Both the position numbers and the translations under genes were made by a program. DNA of 40,855 nucleotides, from assembly GCA_041288095.1 (NCBI GenBank), contig JBGGMJ010000060.1:1-40855 (forward strand). Reading direction: 5' to 3'. This stretch comes from Myxococcota bacterium (GTDB taxonomy: Bacteria; Myxococcota; XYA12-FULL-58-9; JALHOP01). Position 1 is the stretch's first letter. Each line of letters begins with the position of its first letter. Shown here piece after piece: positions 27,946 to 38,277 of this stretch. The notes beneath the pieces were generated by a model. The model was not told where the DNA came from and made no database searches. It saw only the letters and a list, made by a program, of their open reading frames with translations.

Positions 27946-30580
27946 GCTTGCACTCGTAGCTCTACTTGCGACTCTCGTCCCGGCTTGCAAGGACGACCCG
28001 AAGGACGAGGTCGAGATCGTTCCCTTCCGCTCGACCCGCATCCTCGGCGAGGCCGATCTTGCGCTCCTCGAGCCCGACGCCGGCGACGGTGTCTTGCGCT
28101 TCACGTCCATGCCCGCCGGCCTCGCGAACGTTCAGCGCGGCCAGGTCATCGTCGCGAGCAAGTCGCCGACGACGCCCACTGGCCTGCTCCGCATCGTCAA
28201 GTCCGCCGCCGCGGATGGCGACGGCCTGCGCCTCGAGACCGTTCACGCCCCCATCCAGCTCGCCTTCCAGAAGATCCACATCAAGACCACGACCAAGTCG
28301 ACGGGAGAGCTGGGCACCACGGCTTGGCCCAACAGCACGACCCAGCCACTCAGCGCCCAAGACTTCGACCGCCACGTCGGCGCCACGCAGAACGTGAACA
28401 TGGTCGTCTTCGACGGCGATGGTGACACCGAGACCGAAAACGACCAGGTCGTGCTCGAAGGCGACCTCGGCGGCGCCATCGATTTCTCGTTTCGCCTCGA
28501 CTTCGATTGGGGGGCACTCGAGGACCTGCCCGATCTCGTCGAGCAGTGCATCGGCAACCTCCTCGAAGGCGACTTCAGCTGCTCGCTCACCGACCTGCTT
28601 CCGGAGGCGAAGGCAATCTTCGACGCGAAGCCGAGCCTCGCCGCGAACCTCGATCTCCACGGCGCCGCCATCCTGAGCTTCGAGAAAGAGTTCGTCCTCT
28701 ACAAGAGCAACATCGGCGAGCTCGTCTATCCACCGGTGGTGATCACACCGCACGTCGAGATCGTCGCCAAGGTCGAAGGCGCGGCGTCGGCCGCGTTTCG
28801 CACGTCCGCCAACACCGCAATCTCGTTCGATACGTCGGTCACGCTTTCGTCGAAGCAGCCTGGGACACCGCAGTTCAAGCCGCCGGAGCTCGACGAGGTC
28901 GCCCTGAACGCCGAGCCTCCGGAAATCACGCTGCGTGCGAGCGCCAAGGCCGGCCTCGGTGCCGAGCTCAGCACGCTCATCTACGGTATCAGTGGGCCCT
29001 ATCTGACAGCGCGCGCTTTTGCCGCGGTGGACGCCGATGCCTTTCGCGAGCCCTGCGTCACTCTCTCGGCCGGCGTCGAGGGGAGCTTGGGCGTGAAGAT
29101 CACGACGCCCGCGTTTCTCTTCATCGACCCGTTCGAGATCATCAGCTGGGAAACCGAGCTCGGACCGGTCGAGAAAGTCCTCGACGTTCCCGTTCCGCTG
29201 TGTGAGCCCGCGCCGAATGCTTCGACGCTGCCACCCGGCAGTGGACCCGACGCCGAGCGTCTCGCGAATCCGACGTTCACGGCTTGGTCCCGCACCTACG
29301 CCGCGCCGATGAGCACGCTGGCGACGATCGGTGGCGGAACCTCGTTCTGGCTCGACCAGCAGCGCTCCATCGACGGCCGCATGGTCATCGCCGCGCGTGG
29401 CGCCGAGGCGCTCATCAAGATTGACGAAGACGGCGCGCTGGTGTGGAACCGGGCGCTGTCCGTTGACGCGGACGAGGGTTTCGGCGTGCTTCATCCCGTT
29501 CGCGTGCTCTCGACGCCGGATGCCGGCCTCCTGGTCCTCGCCGAGCCCAGAGTGCCGCCGCTGAGCATCGTCAAGCTCACACAAGCCGGCCGCGTGGAGT
29601 TCCGCCGCGAGCTCATCCTCCCCGATCCCACTTGCTTCGAGACGCCGGTCGGCCTCGCCAGCGATGGCGGCAGCGGCTCGTACGTGGTGCTCGCGTGCGG
29701 ATCGTTGCGGGTCTTCATCGTCCACCTGAACGCCGCGGGCGAGGTGCTCGATGCCTCGAGCTTCACCGACGCAACCGCGACGCAGCTGAACCCGGCCCTC
29801 GTCACCAATGCTCGAGGTGACCTCTTCATCTCCGGCCGCATCTCGCAGCCGATGGACTCGATGTTCGCGCTGCGCCGCGACGGCCAAGGCAACGTGTTGT
29901 TCGCGAACCGCTACGAGGCTTGCCCGGCCGGCCCAGACGTCTATCCCGTAAGCGCCGTCATCGAAGACAACGGGGACGTGACGGTCGCCGGGCGTGGCGG
30001 TGCCGAGCACAACGGTTTCCTCGCGCGCTTGAAAACGGACGGTGACGTCGGTTTCGCGGCGTTCCCGGGCTTCGGCTTCGGCGCGGGCTCCGTGTTCGCT
30101 CTGGACGCTATCGCGGAGCTCCCGACGACAGGCTACATCGTGAGCGGCTACGCCGTCCGCTTCACGGCGGACCCGCCCGCCGACGCGGTCGGTCTTGCTC
30201 TCCTCCAGCTCGATGCAGTCGGACAGCCACTCTGGAGTCGGCGCTATCTCCTCGCCGGGGCGGGCGGAGAGCCTGGGCGGGTAGGTCAGACCGACTTGCG
30301 GCTGACGGATGATGGTGGAGTTCTCGTCACCGCGGCCACGCAACTCGATCCGCTGGTTGCGACTGCGAGCCTCTGGGCGATGAAGGTCCCCGCGAAGGAC
30401 GGCCTCATCGACCTTGGCATAGCGGGCACGAGCTTCGCCGACGATGTGGTGGCGCTCCCGTGCTCGCTCACGTCGCTACCGTGGAACGTGACCCTGCAGA
30501 GCGAGTCAGGCGTCACGACGCGGGTCGTGCCGACCGACACAGTTCCGTTCGCCATGACGGTTCAAACGCAAGGCCCGTAG
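27932..30580 (+). CDS. Large lipoprotein: beta-rich N-terminal region and C-terminal beta-propeller-like repeats
   Basis: Lipobox LVPAC; repeats LIKIDEDGALVW, IVKLTQAGRVEF, LLQLDAVGQPLWSRRY. Confidence 0.8.
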   Translation: MFHRRLALVALLATLVPACKDDPKDEVEIVPFRSTRILGEADLALLEPDAGDGVLRFTSMPAGLANVQRGQVIVASKSPTTPTGLLRIVKSAAADGDGLRLETVHAPIQLAFQKIHIKTTTKSTGELGTTAWPNSTTQPLSAQDFDRHVGATQNVNMVVFDGDGDTETENDQVVLEGDLGGAIDFSFRLDFDWGALEDLPDLVEQCIGNLLEGDFSCSLTDLLPEAKAIFDAKPSLAANLDLHGAAILSFEKEFVLYKSNIGELVYPPVVITPHVEIVAKVEGAASAAFRTSANTAISFDTSVTLSSKQPGTPQFKPPELDEVALNAEPPEITLRASAKAGLGAELSTLIYGISGPYLTARAFAAVDADAFREPCVTLSAGVEGSLGVKITTPAFLFIDPFEIISWETELGPVEKVLDVPVPLCEPAPNASTLPPGSGPDAERLANPTFTAWSRTYAAPMSTLATIGGGTSFWLDQQRSIDGRMVIAARGAEALIKIDEDGALVWNRALSVDADEGFGVLHPVRVLSTPDAGLLVLAEPRVPPLSIVKLTQAGRVEFRRELILPDPTCFETPVGLASDGGSGSYVVLACGSLRVFIVHLNAAGEVLDASSFTDATATQLNPALVTNARGDLFISGRISQPMDSMFALRRDGQGNVLFANRYEACPAGPDVYPVSAVIEDNGDVTVAGRGGAEHNGFLARLKTDGDVGFAAFPGFGFGAGSVFALDAIAELPTTGYIVSGYAVRFTADPPADAVGLALLQLDAVGQPLWSRRYLLAGAGGEPGRVGQTDLRLTDDGGVLVTAATQLDPLVATASLWAMKVPAKDGLIDLGIAGTSFADDVVALPCSLTSLPWNVTLQSESGVTTRVVPTDTVPFAMTVQTQGP

Positions 30581-30582
30581 CA

Positions 30583-31377
30583 ATGCACCAGCCCGACCAA
30601 GACATCCCGAGGCTCGTTGGCATGGTGCACCTATTGCCCCTGCCCGGCGCGCCGCGGGCCCGCGAGATGACCGAGGTGGTCGCTCGAGCACGCGCCGACT
30701 TCGCGGCGCTGCGCTCGGCGGGCTTTCGCGCGGCGATGGTCGAGAACTTCGGTGATTCACCGTTCTACCCGGACCGGGTGCCGGCGGAGACCATCGCGGC
30801 CATGAGCGCCGTCATCACGGTGCTGCGCGCCGACGCGCCCGACATGCAGCTCGGCGTCAACGTCCTGCGCAATGACGGAGAGAGCGCAATCGCCATCGCC
30901 GCGGCCTGCGGCGCGAGCTTCATCCGCGTCAACGTCCTCACCGGCGCAATGGTCACCGACCAGGGCGTCATCACCGCGCGGGCGCACGCGGTCATGCGTC
31001 TACGAGCTCGGCTCTGCCCAAGCGTGCGCGTTTTGGCGGACATCCTCGTCAAGCACGCGGAGCCCCTCGCGGCGGTGCGTGACCTGCAACAGCTCGTCCA
31101 TGACACCGTTGCTCGTGCCGGCGCCGATGCGCTCGTGGTTAGTGGCGAAGGCACGTCTCGGCCGGTCGACGGGGATCGCTTGAAGGACGTCGCCGCCGCG
31201 AGCCCGGTCCCAGTCTACATCGGCTCCGGCTTCTCGGCGCAGAACGCCGCGGCGCAGCTCGCCGTCGCCCACGGGGCCATCGTGGGCTCGTCGATCAAGA
31301 CGACCAGCGACCCCAGCTCTCCAGTCGATCCCGAGAAGGCACGTGCCCTCATCGCCGCCGTCCAGCGCATGTGCTAG
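30583..31377 (+). CDS. btpA: BtpA/SgcQ-family TIM-barrel protein
   Basis: GMVHLLPLPGAP, MVENFGDSPF, GVNVLRND, FIRVNV, ADILVKHA, IGSG. ATG30583 lies 2 nt after the upstream stop. Confidence 0.9.
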   Translation: MHQPDQDIPRLVGMVHLLPLPGAPRAREMTEVVARARADFAALRSAGFRAAMVENFGDSPFYPDRVPAETIAAMSAVITVLRADAPDMQLGVNVLRNDGESAIAIAAACGASFIRVNVLTGAMVTDQGVITARAHAVMRLRARLCPSVRVLADILVKHAEPLAAVRDLQQLVHDTVARAGADALVVSGEGTSRPVDGDRLKDVAAASPVPVYIGSGFSAQNAAAQLAVAHGAIVGSSIKTTSDPSSPVDPEKARALIAAVQRMC

Positions 31378-31386
31378 TGAGCCCGC

Positions 31387-33285
31387 ATGCAAAAGCGTGC
31401 TCTCTTTCTCCTGCTCCTTGCCGCCGGCTGCGGCCATTCCAAGGATGGCGCGGCGCCTGCTTCCGCGACGGCGACCGATACCCCGTCCGCCACGGGTGAT
31501 GCGACCGCCGCGACTCCCGCTGCCCAGGTAAACGAGACCAGCAAGCGCTTCAACCTCGTGGTCGAAGAGTGGACGACCGCCGTCCTGCGCGAATCTCCCG
31601 AGACCGCGACCAGCCTTGCCGCGACGGAAGAGCGCGCTGGCGGCCGCTATAGCGATCGCGTCTCCGACCTGTCCCGCGCCGGCATGGACCGTGTCGTGGC
31701 GCTCGCGCGCAGCCTGCTGCAGGCGTTCGAAGGCATCAACCGCGACCAGCTCACCCCCGCCGAGCGCGTCACCTACGACGTCCTCAAGACCTCGGCATCG
31801 GCGGACGTCGCCAACAGCGCCTTCGGCTACGGCTACTACGGCATGGGCATCATCGTCCCGTACGCGGTGACCCAGCTGAGCGGCGCCTGGGCACAAATGC
31901 CCGACTTCCTCGACAGCCAGCATCCGATCCGCAACGCGCAAGACATCGAAGACTACCTCGCGCGCCTCAAGGGCCTCGGCCAGATGCTAGACCAGGAGAC
32001 CACGCGCCTGGGCGACGACGCTCGCGCCGGTGTCGTACCGCCGACGTTCGTCATCGACGGCACCGTCGCTCAGCTCAAACGCGTCGCGGCCAAGAAGCCG
32101 GCAGAACAGACCCTGGTGCAGTCGCTCAAGCGCCGTGCCGGCCAAGTCGAGGGCGCCGATGTGTCCGCTTTGACGGCTCGCGCCGAGGCCATCGTCGCGA
32201 GTGATGTATTGCCCGCATACAAGCGCCAGATCGATGCGCTCGGAAAGCTGCGCAAGCTCTCCAAGTCGAACGCGGGTGTCGGTGGTCTTCCCAAGGGTTC
32301 TGAGCTGTATGCGCAGGCGCTGCAATCCTGGAACACGACGACGCTCACGCCGGATGAAATCCACCAGATCGGCCTCGACATCGTGGCCAAAAACACCGCC
32401 GAAATGGACAGCCTCCTCGCTTCGCTCGGCAAGAAGAAGGGCAGCGTCGCACAACGCATCCGCGCGCTCGGCCAAGAGAAAGCGCAGCTGTACCCGAACA
32501 CCGACGCAGGCAAGACGCAGCTCATCGCCGACCTCAACGCACACGTCGAGAAGGTGAACGCCCTCTTGCCGGGCTACTTCAACACGCTCCCGAAGGCCGC
32601 GCTGCAGATCAAACGCGTCCCCACCGAGATCGAGCAAGGCTCACCCGGTGGTTACTACCAGTCACCGGCGCTCGACGGGTCGCGGCCCGGCGCTTACTAC
32701 ATCAACCTTCGCGACACGAAGGGCTGGCCGAAGTTCGATCTACCGACGCTCACGCATCACGAGGGCACGCCAGGTCACCACTTCCAGATCGCGCTTGCCC
32801 AGGAGACCAGCACCCTGCCCTTCGCGCGCTCCGCCCTGCTCGGCTTCTCCGGCTACATGGAAGGGTGGGCGCTCTACGCCGAGGGCGTCGCCGACGAGAT
32901 TGGCCTCTACAAGGACGATCCGCACGGCCGGCTCGGCTACCTCAAGGCCGCGACCTTCCGCGCCACGCGCTTGGTCGTCGACACCGGCCTCCACGCGAAG
33001 AAGTGGACGCGCGAACAAGCCGTCAAATACATGGTGGACACCGTGGGCAGCGACCGCGCCAGTATCGTCACCGAGGTTGACCGCTATTGCGTATGGCCCG
33101 GCCAGGCAACCGCCTACATGCTCGGCCGCGAGGTCATCAAGAAGCTACGCGGCAAGGCCCAAGCCGAGCTCGGCGACCGCTTCGACCTCAAGAAGTTTCA
33201 CGATGTGGTGCTGAGCAACGGCGCCGTGCCGCTGTCGGTCCTCGAGCGGGTCGTCGACGATTGGATCGCGGTCACGCGCGGGTAA
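31387..33285 (+). CDS. DUF885-family lipoprotein (putative metallopeptidase)
   Basis: Lipobox AAGC; HEGTPGHHFQ, EGWALYAE, RLVVDTGLH, PGQATAYMLG, FHDVVLSNGAVPL. Confidence 0.92.
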   Translation: MQKRALFLLLLAAGCGHSKDGAAPASATATDTPSATGDATAATPAAQVNETSKRFNLVVEEWTTAVLRESPETATSLAATEERAGGRYSDRVSDLSRAGMDRVVALARSLLQAFEGINRDQLTPAERVTYDVLKTSASADVANSAFGYGYYGMGIIVPYAVTQLSGAWAQMPDFLDSQHPIRNAQDIEDYLARLKGLGQMLDQETTRLGDDARAGVVPPTFVIDGTVAQLKRVAAKKPAEQTLVQSLKRRAGQVEGADVSALTARAEAIVASDVLPAYKRQIDALGKLRKLSKSNAGVGGLPKGSELYAQALQSWNTTTLTPDEIHQIGLDIVAKNTAEMDSLLASLGKKKGSVAQRIRALGQEKAQLYPNTDAGKTQLIADLNAHVEKVNALLPGYFNTLPKAALQIKRVPTEIEQGSPGGYYQSPALDGSRPGAYYINLRDTKGWPKFDLPTLTHHEGTPGHHFQIALAQETSTLPFARSALLGFSGYMEGWALYAEGVADEIGLYKDDPHGRLGYLKAATFRATRLVVDTGLHAKKWTREQAVKYMVDTVGSDRASIVTEVDRYCVWPGQATAYMLGREVIKKLRGKAQAELGDRFDLKKFHDVVLSNGAVPLSVLERVVDDWIAVTRG

Positions 33286-33295
33286 GCTTCGGGCG

Positions 33296-34891
33296 ATGAA
33301 AGCGGACGACGGCGCCATCGAGCGCTACATCGAAGAACGACGCCAGCTCGTCGACGCGTTCGTCGCGCGGCACTTCACCCTCGCCGGAACCGTCGCGCGC
33401 TTTCGCCGCACCTTCGTCAAGGACATAGCCCGCTACCCCATCAACTTCCTGCTCTCCCTGCCGTCGCTGTTCGTGAAGCAAGTCGCGGATTGGTTGGAGA
33501 TGGCGGGCTGGGACCACGGCGCCCGTCTGCTCGAGCGGATTCCGCTGCCACTCAAGACGGTGGCGCAGGCCGAGGTCGAGCGCGCGGTCGTGGAGGAGCT
33601 CCTCGAGCTGCCGCCGGGAGACGCGCGCCTGCCGCTGCTGCACGATCCCTTCAAGAGCTTCCGGGGGTCTCGCCTAGCGATCCTCGACGCGGCAAGTAGC
33701 GGCCTGACTTTGCTCCTCGCCTTCATCGTCTTCGGCGACAGCGGTCTGTCCCCGTATGCCATGGGCGACAAGCTCGCGCGTGCTCAGGCCAAGCGCGACG
33801 CTGCCTCGGGGTTCATCCTCGGGAGTGGCGTCGGGTCGGCGTTCTACAGCGTGTTTCCGCCGCATCCGACACCGCTCCAGGTGTTCGGCGCCACGGCCGT
33901 CGTGCTCCTGACCTTGGGCATGCTCGGCACGCTGACGCACTTGTTCAGTGATCCGCTACAGCAGAGAGCGGGCATTCAGCGACGCCAGCTGCTGAAGCTC
34001 ATCAACGCGTTCGGGGACAAGATGATCTTGCACGCGCGCAAGGGTGGCGCCGTCCCCATCGTGCCGACCACCGCCGCGGCACCGGCCCCATCGCCACCGA
34101 CCTCGACCTCAACCTCGACGGAACCGCCTCGCGCGCGCCTGCGCGAACGGGCCGCCAAGCTGATTGCGCCGCTGATCGCGCGCTATCACGGCATCGAAGA
34201 CCGCTATGGCAGAGCCCGGGCCTTGCAGGTGATCATCGTGCCGCTCGTCGTCGGGGTCATTCTGACTGTCGTCGTCGCGGACCGACTTCGCTTCGACCCG
34301 TATCGCGAGATCCGCGAGCTCATCGGCGACCGCGCGTATCCGACCGCGATTGCCCGTCTCGACATCCTCGCGCGCCAAGGCGTCTACCAAAAACAGGCCG
34401 ACTATTGGTATTGGCGCGGCCGCGCCCTCATCGGTGACCATTCCTACGAAGCCGGAGCCGATGCTTATCGCTCCGCCATTCAGCGCAACCCCAGCTACCG
34501 CGACGACGACACCGTGATCGACGACCTCGTGACCGCCGTCGCCAAAGGCAGCAACGCGAAGGCTAAGAGCCTGTTGCTCACCGAGCACGGCCCACGCGCG
34601 GTGGACAAGCTCGTCGACCGCACCGTCGTCCGCGAGAAGGTCGACCGATGGGCGCTCGTCGAGATCGCGGAACGCCTCGGTGCCAGTGAGCGCCTCGACT
34701 ACGAAGACATCGCGCTCATTGACTTGGAGCAGACCACTACCTGCGCGGAAAAAAAGCGAACAGTGCAGAAGATCGGCGAGCATCGGGTCACCGACGTGAT
34801 CGACGAGCTCCGGGAGCTGCAAGACAACCCGCAGTGGAAGTGCTTGGAGCCCGGGCTCAAGAACGTGATCGACGGGCTCGCGACCCGCTAG
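33296..34891 (+). CDS. Membrane protein: DUF6635-like N-terminal domain fused to a TPR/HEAT-like C-terminal domain
   Basis: RRQLVDAFVARHFTL...PINFLLSLP and DPLQQRAGIQRRQL, a P/T/S linker, a TM segment, then TPR-like YWYWRGRALIGDHSYEAGADAYRSAIQRNP. Confidence 0.75.
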   Translation: MKADDGAIERYIEERRQLVDAFVARHFTLAGTVARFRRTFVKDIARYPINFLLSLPSLFVKQVADWLEMAGWDHGARLLERIPLPLKTVAQAEVERAVVEELLELPPGDARLPLLHDPFKSFRGSRLAILDAASSGLTLLLAFIVFGDSGLSPYAMGDKLARAQAKRDAASGFILGSGVGSAFYSVFPPHPTPLQVFGATAVVLLTLGMLGTLTHLFSDPLQQRAGIQRRQLLKLINAFGDKMILHARKGGAVPIVPTTAAAPAPSPPTSTSTSTEPPRARLRERAAKLIAPLIARYHGIEDRYGRARALQVIIVPLVVGVILTVVVADRLRFDPYREIRELIGDRAYPTAIARLDILARQGVYQKQADYWYWRGRALIGDHSYEAGADAYRSAIQRNPSYRDDDTVIDDLVTAVAKGSNAKAKSLLLTEHGPRAVDKLVDRTVVREKVDRWALVEIAERLGASERLDYEDIALIDLEQTTTCAEKKRTVQKIGEHRVTDVIDELRELQDNPQWKCLEPGLKNVIDGLATR

Positions 34892-34892
34892 C

Positions 34893-37800
34893 TCAACGAC
34901 TGATCGGGCGCCGCGCCGGCAGGTCTTCGAGCGCGCTCACGCGAACGTGCGTGATCCCCCGCGCCCGCAGCAGCTCCCGCACGAATGCGATGCGCTCGCG
35001 CGGCACCATCATCGCCGTGATCTGCGCGAACGGTACGCCACCGACCACGCCGACCTCGCCGATGTCGGTGCCGTCCGCCCGGTGCACCTTATCGGCGGGG
35101 GGCCGCATACCGTAGACGATGGGGAAGCCCTCCGCGACCAGTTGCCGCTCGGTATCGTTCAAGCGTTCCCATTGTTCGAGTCGCGCGCGCTCCCGCTGCA
35201 TGAGCGCTCGGAAGTAGTCCTCACCGGCGCCGCGCTCCTGCCCATAGCGCGCCAGATTCGCGCGGCCGATCTCCGGGGTCCAGCGCACGAACCCGTCGTT
35301 GCGCGAGTAGTCGTTGGCGACGTCGATATTGCGCAGCGGCACGGTCGAAAGCTTCGTGATGTTGATGCCGGTGCCGACGCCCGGAATCACCATGGCGCCG
35401 ACGCGCATCTCGCCGGTGAACGGCACGTAAGGGAGTCGACCCGTCGCGTACAGTCCGCCCGTCCCCGCGCCGAAGGGCGTGAGCATCAGCAGCGAGGCGG
35501 AATTCGAGCCGTGAAAGAGGTACGCCCGGTTGATCGACACTTCGAGGCCTGGCGTGCGGTCGAGCACTTCGTTGCTGTCGCGCAGAAACTCGGCGCGCCG
35601 CGGACGCCAGCCGATGATGTTGCCGATGAGCTGACCACCCTCGGGCGTCGCGGAATCGATGCCGATGCGGCGGGCCATTGGGACCTCGTCCTCGGGCCCT
35701 GCTCGGCCGCGCCCCAAGGTCGCGCGCATCTGTGCGGCGTCGGCCGGCGCATGACGGTCGGCGAAAGCCAGGAAGTCGTCGACGACGCGCGTGACGCCCG
35801 CCGCCTGTCCGTTGTAGCGGTCCATGGCCTCGAGCGTCCGGCCGGCCAAGGCGACGAGGCGCGGATCGCTGTCGGTGGCTCCTCGCTCGCGCAGGCGCGC
35901 CATCTCGGCGTCGAGTCGCAAGATCTCGCGCGTCGTTGCCTCGAGCCTGGTCTGCTCCGCGCCGGCACGGCCGCGAAGCGTCTCGAGCTCGGCGCGAACG
36001 GGCGACAAATGCAGCCCGGGCTGCAAGCGCTGCGCGCCGGTGTTGACGGTGTGCAAGAGCAGCGCGGTGCCGAGGTTAGTGAGGAACATGTCGCGGATCT
36101 CACGGGCTCTCGGGAAGTCGCCGTGACGCGAGACGTGCTCCAGGGTCGCGATCGCCGTGCCCGCGAAGGCGGCGCTGGTCGTGGTGATGCCGGCAGCCGC
36201 GAACTGGGAGATCACGCGCTCGCCGGCCGTCGTCCCCTGAAACGACCGCGCCAGGCGCGCCGCCGGATAGAGCAGCCCGAGCATCGCGAGGTCGATGGGA
36301 TAGTCCCACACCGAGAAGCGCCCGCTCGCTGCTTGATTCATCGCGGTGAATGACGACGATTGCGCAACGAGCGGTCCAACCGCGGTCCAGAATCGCCCCG
36401 CCTGCGCGACGCTGAGCGCGGCGCCTACCGTGCTGCCCACTCCGAGCGAGACCACCGACAACATGCCCATCTGCGTGGCCGCGCCGACTATGCGGCGGAT
36501 TTCGCGACTCTCCGCTTGCTCGTCGACGCGCGTCGCGAGCGCCGCACCCGGGTCGTTCGCCGGCCCGGTCATCGACTCGAGCATCCGCCGCGTGGCTTCG
36601 TCGAGGTGCGCCAACTCACCGCCATCGAGAAGGCGGCGCGCCGCGCGGGCAACCTCACGTGGCGTCAGCGGCACGACCGCGACCAACCGCATCTGCCCAT
36701 CGGCACCGCGCGCCGGCATGACCCCGGCGATCTCGCCCTTGCGCTGGCGTTCCTCGAGCGCTCTCCGCGCCGCATCGTCCGCGGCGACCGGCTCCAAACG
36801 ATAGGGGAGCACGCCGGCTGTCTGAGCCAACACCAGCGTCGCCTGGCTCGCGTCGGGCTGCAGTCTCCTGCCGCTGTCGGCCGGCGAGCCACGGTACAAA
36901 GCCTCGGTGGTACGCATGCGCCCGCGCAGCCGCGCCGCGTCCGCGCCAGCGTCGTCGCCAGCCGCGAAAGCCGCACTGCTCGCGTCCACCATCGCGCGGC
37001 CCACCGTCGTGTTCGCGAGCATGCGGGCACCTCGGCGCGAATCGAGGACCATGTCGATCGAACGCGAGCCCCAGTCGATTGTGTCGGGCGAGAGGTCGAT
37101 GACACCGCGTTGCGGATCTTGGACGCGCAGCGGCCCCGTCGCCGCGAGCATGGCGCGGGTCTCGGCCGCGAAGTCGAGCTCGCCGCGGTCGATGCGTTGC
37201 ATCGCGAGCTGATGCAAGTCACCACCTTGAACCTCGTCCCAGCTACGCTTACCGAAGTCCGCCGGAGTAAGACGGCCGGCGCGCAAATCACGATGCACCG
37301 TCCACGACGCGGTCATCCAACGAAGTCCCGCGTGCAGCGTGTCGCTGCGCAACCAGCGATCACTGGCGACCTCGCCAGGGTTCCAGAACTCCGCGTGCTC
37401 GGCGAGCATGGAATTCATCACCAAGGACATCTGCTCGCGCAGCGCCATGAAGGCGCGCGTCGAGCGTTCCTGAAGCTCCGACGAAACAGGCGACTGCGCC
37501 GCTACATCGCGCAACCCGGCGAGGTCGCGCTGGAACGCTTCGCGGTCACCCGGCGTCACATGAGCCGCCACGCCAGCGAGCTCGCTCAACGCCGCGGCCA
37601 CGGCGTCGGCGATCTCCCGCGTCGCCGCCGGCGCTTGACGCGCGAGCGCGACCGCGCGCGCCACCCGACTCCCGGCTTCGCGAAGCCGCGCCCCGGTCAC
37701 CGCGTCGCCGCGGCGCAGTGCATCGCTCGCCAAGCGCTGCATCCACCCCGACGCCGCCGCCAGGGTCTCGACCGTGCGCGCGAGACGTGTCGGACTCTGC

Positions 37801-38264
37801 GTCAGGTTCGCGGCGAGTCGGCTTGAGTCTAGCTGAGGTGTCGGCGGCAGCGGACGCCGATCGGACTCGCGCGAAACGGGCGCTTTCGGTGCGCGATAGC
37901 GGTCAGCGCCGTCACCCGCGCGCGGCTCCGTTGCTTGCGGCTCCCTCTTGGGCTCGCGGGCCGTCCGCACCGCGTGGGCAAGCGGCGAGCGCACACCGAG
38001 CTCGTTGGCGATGAGACCTGCGAGCGTTTCCAGCGTGCCCCGATCGGCCTCCGCGAGCGCCGCCACCAAGACACGCCAAGCCTGCGCGTTCGACTGAAGC
38101 GTCCGCGCGCCTGCCTCGGCGCTGCGAAAGTCGAGAGGTCGCTCGAGGGCATCACTACCGCGACGTCGCGCCCGCTCGAGCAGAAGCCGGGCGAGCGCCT
38201 GCGCTTGGGCCGCCGGATCCTCGGCGACCGCGGGGGTAATCCCGATTGGTACAACCGACGTCAT
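34893..38264 (-). CDS. Large modular toxin/effector-like protein with a central hydrophobic region and a putative C-terminal ADP-ribosyltransferase-like domain
   Basis: 1123 aa, no signal peptide. Helical N-terminus, Gly/Ala hydrophobic helices, coiled coil, then a C-terminal domain with YLFHGSNS, KLSTV...ANDYS, FPIVYG, DIGEVGV. Confidence 0.7.
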   Translation of the reverse strand: MTSVVPIGITPAVAEDPAAQAQALARLLLERARRRGSDALERPLDFRSAEAGARTLQSNAQAWRVLVAALAEADRGTLETLAGLIANELGVRSPLAHAVRTAREPKREPQATEPRAGDGADRYRAPKAPVSRESDRRPLPPTPQLDSSRLAANLTQSPTRLARTVETLAAASGWMQRLASDALRRGDAVTGARLREAGSRVARAVALARQAPAATREIADAVAAALSELAGVAAHVTPGDREAFQRDLAGLRDVAAQSPVSSELQERSTRAFMALREQMSLVMNSMLAEHAEFWNPGEVASDRWLRSDTLHAGLRWMTASWTVHRDLRAGRLTPADFGKRSWDEVQGGDLHQLAMQRIDRGELDFAAETRAMLAATGPLRVQDPQRGVIDLSPDTIDWGSRSIDMVLDSRRGARMLANTTVGRAMVDASSAAFAAGDDAGADAARLRGRMRTTEALYRGSPADSGRRLQPDASQATLVLAQTAGVLPYRLEPVAADDAARRALEERQRKGEIAGVMPARGADGQMRLVAVVPLTPREVARAARRLLDGGELAHLDEATRRMLESMTGPANDPGAALATRVDEQAESREIRRIVGAATQMGMLSVVSLGVGSTVGAALSVAQAGRFWTAVGPLVAQSSSFTAMNQAASGRFSVWDYPIDLAMLGLLYPAARLARSFQGTTAGERVISQFAAAGITTTSAAFAGTAIATLEHVSRHGDFPRAREIRDMFLTNLGTALLLHTVNTGAQRLQPGLHLSPVRAELETLRGRAGAEQTRLEATTREILRLDAEMARLRERGATDSDPRLVALAGRTLEAMDRYNGQAAGVTRVVDDFLAFADRHAPADAAQMRATLGRGRAGPEDEVPMARRIGIDSATPEGGQLIGNIIGWRPRRAEFLRDSNEVLDRTPGLEVSINRAYLFHGSNSASLLMLTPFGAGTGGLYATGRLPYVPFTGEMRVGAMVIPGVGTGINITKLSTVPLRNIDVANDYSRNDGFVRWTPEIGRANLARYGQERGAGEDYFRALMQRERARLEQWERLNDTERQLVAEGFPIVYGMRPPADKVHRADGTDIGEVGVVGGVPFAQITAMMVPRERIAFVRELLRARGITHVRVSALEDLPARRPISR

Positions 38265-38277
38265 GCAGCCCCAAAAC

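Noticed and set aside
27962-30343. 793-aa minus-strand ORF
   Set aside because: Antisense shadow of the 882-aa lipoprotein.
34947-37826. 468- and 488-aa plus-strand ORFs as possible immunity genes
   Set aside because: They lie fully antisense to the toxin-like gene and have shadow-ORF composition.
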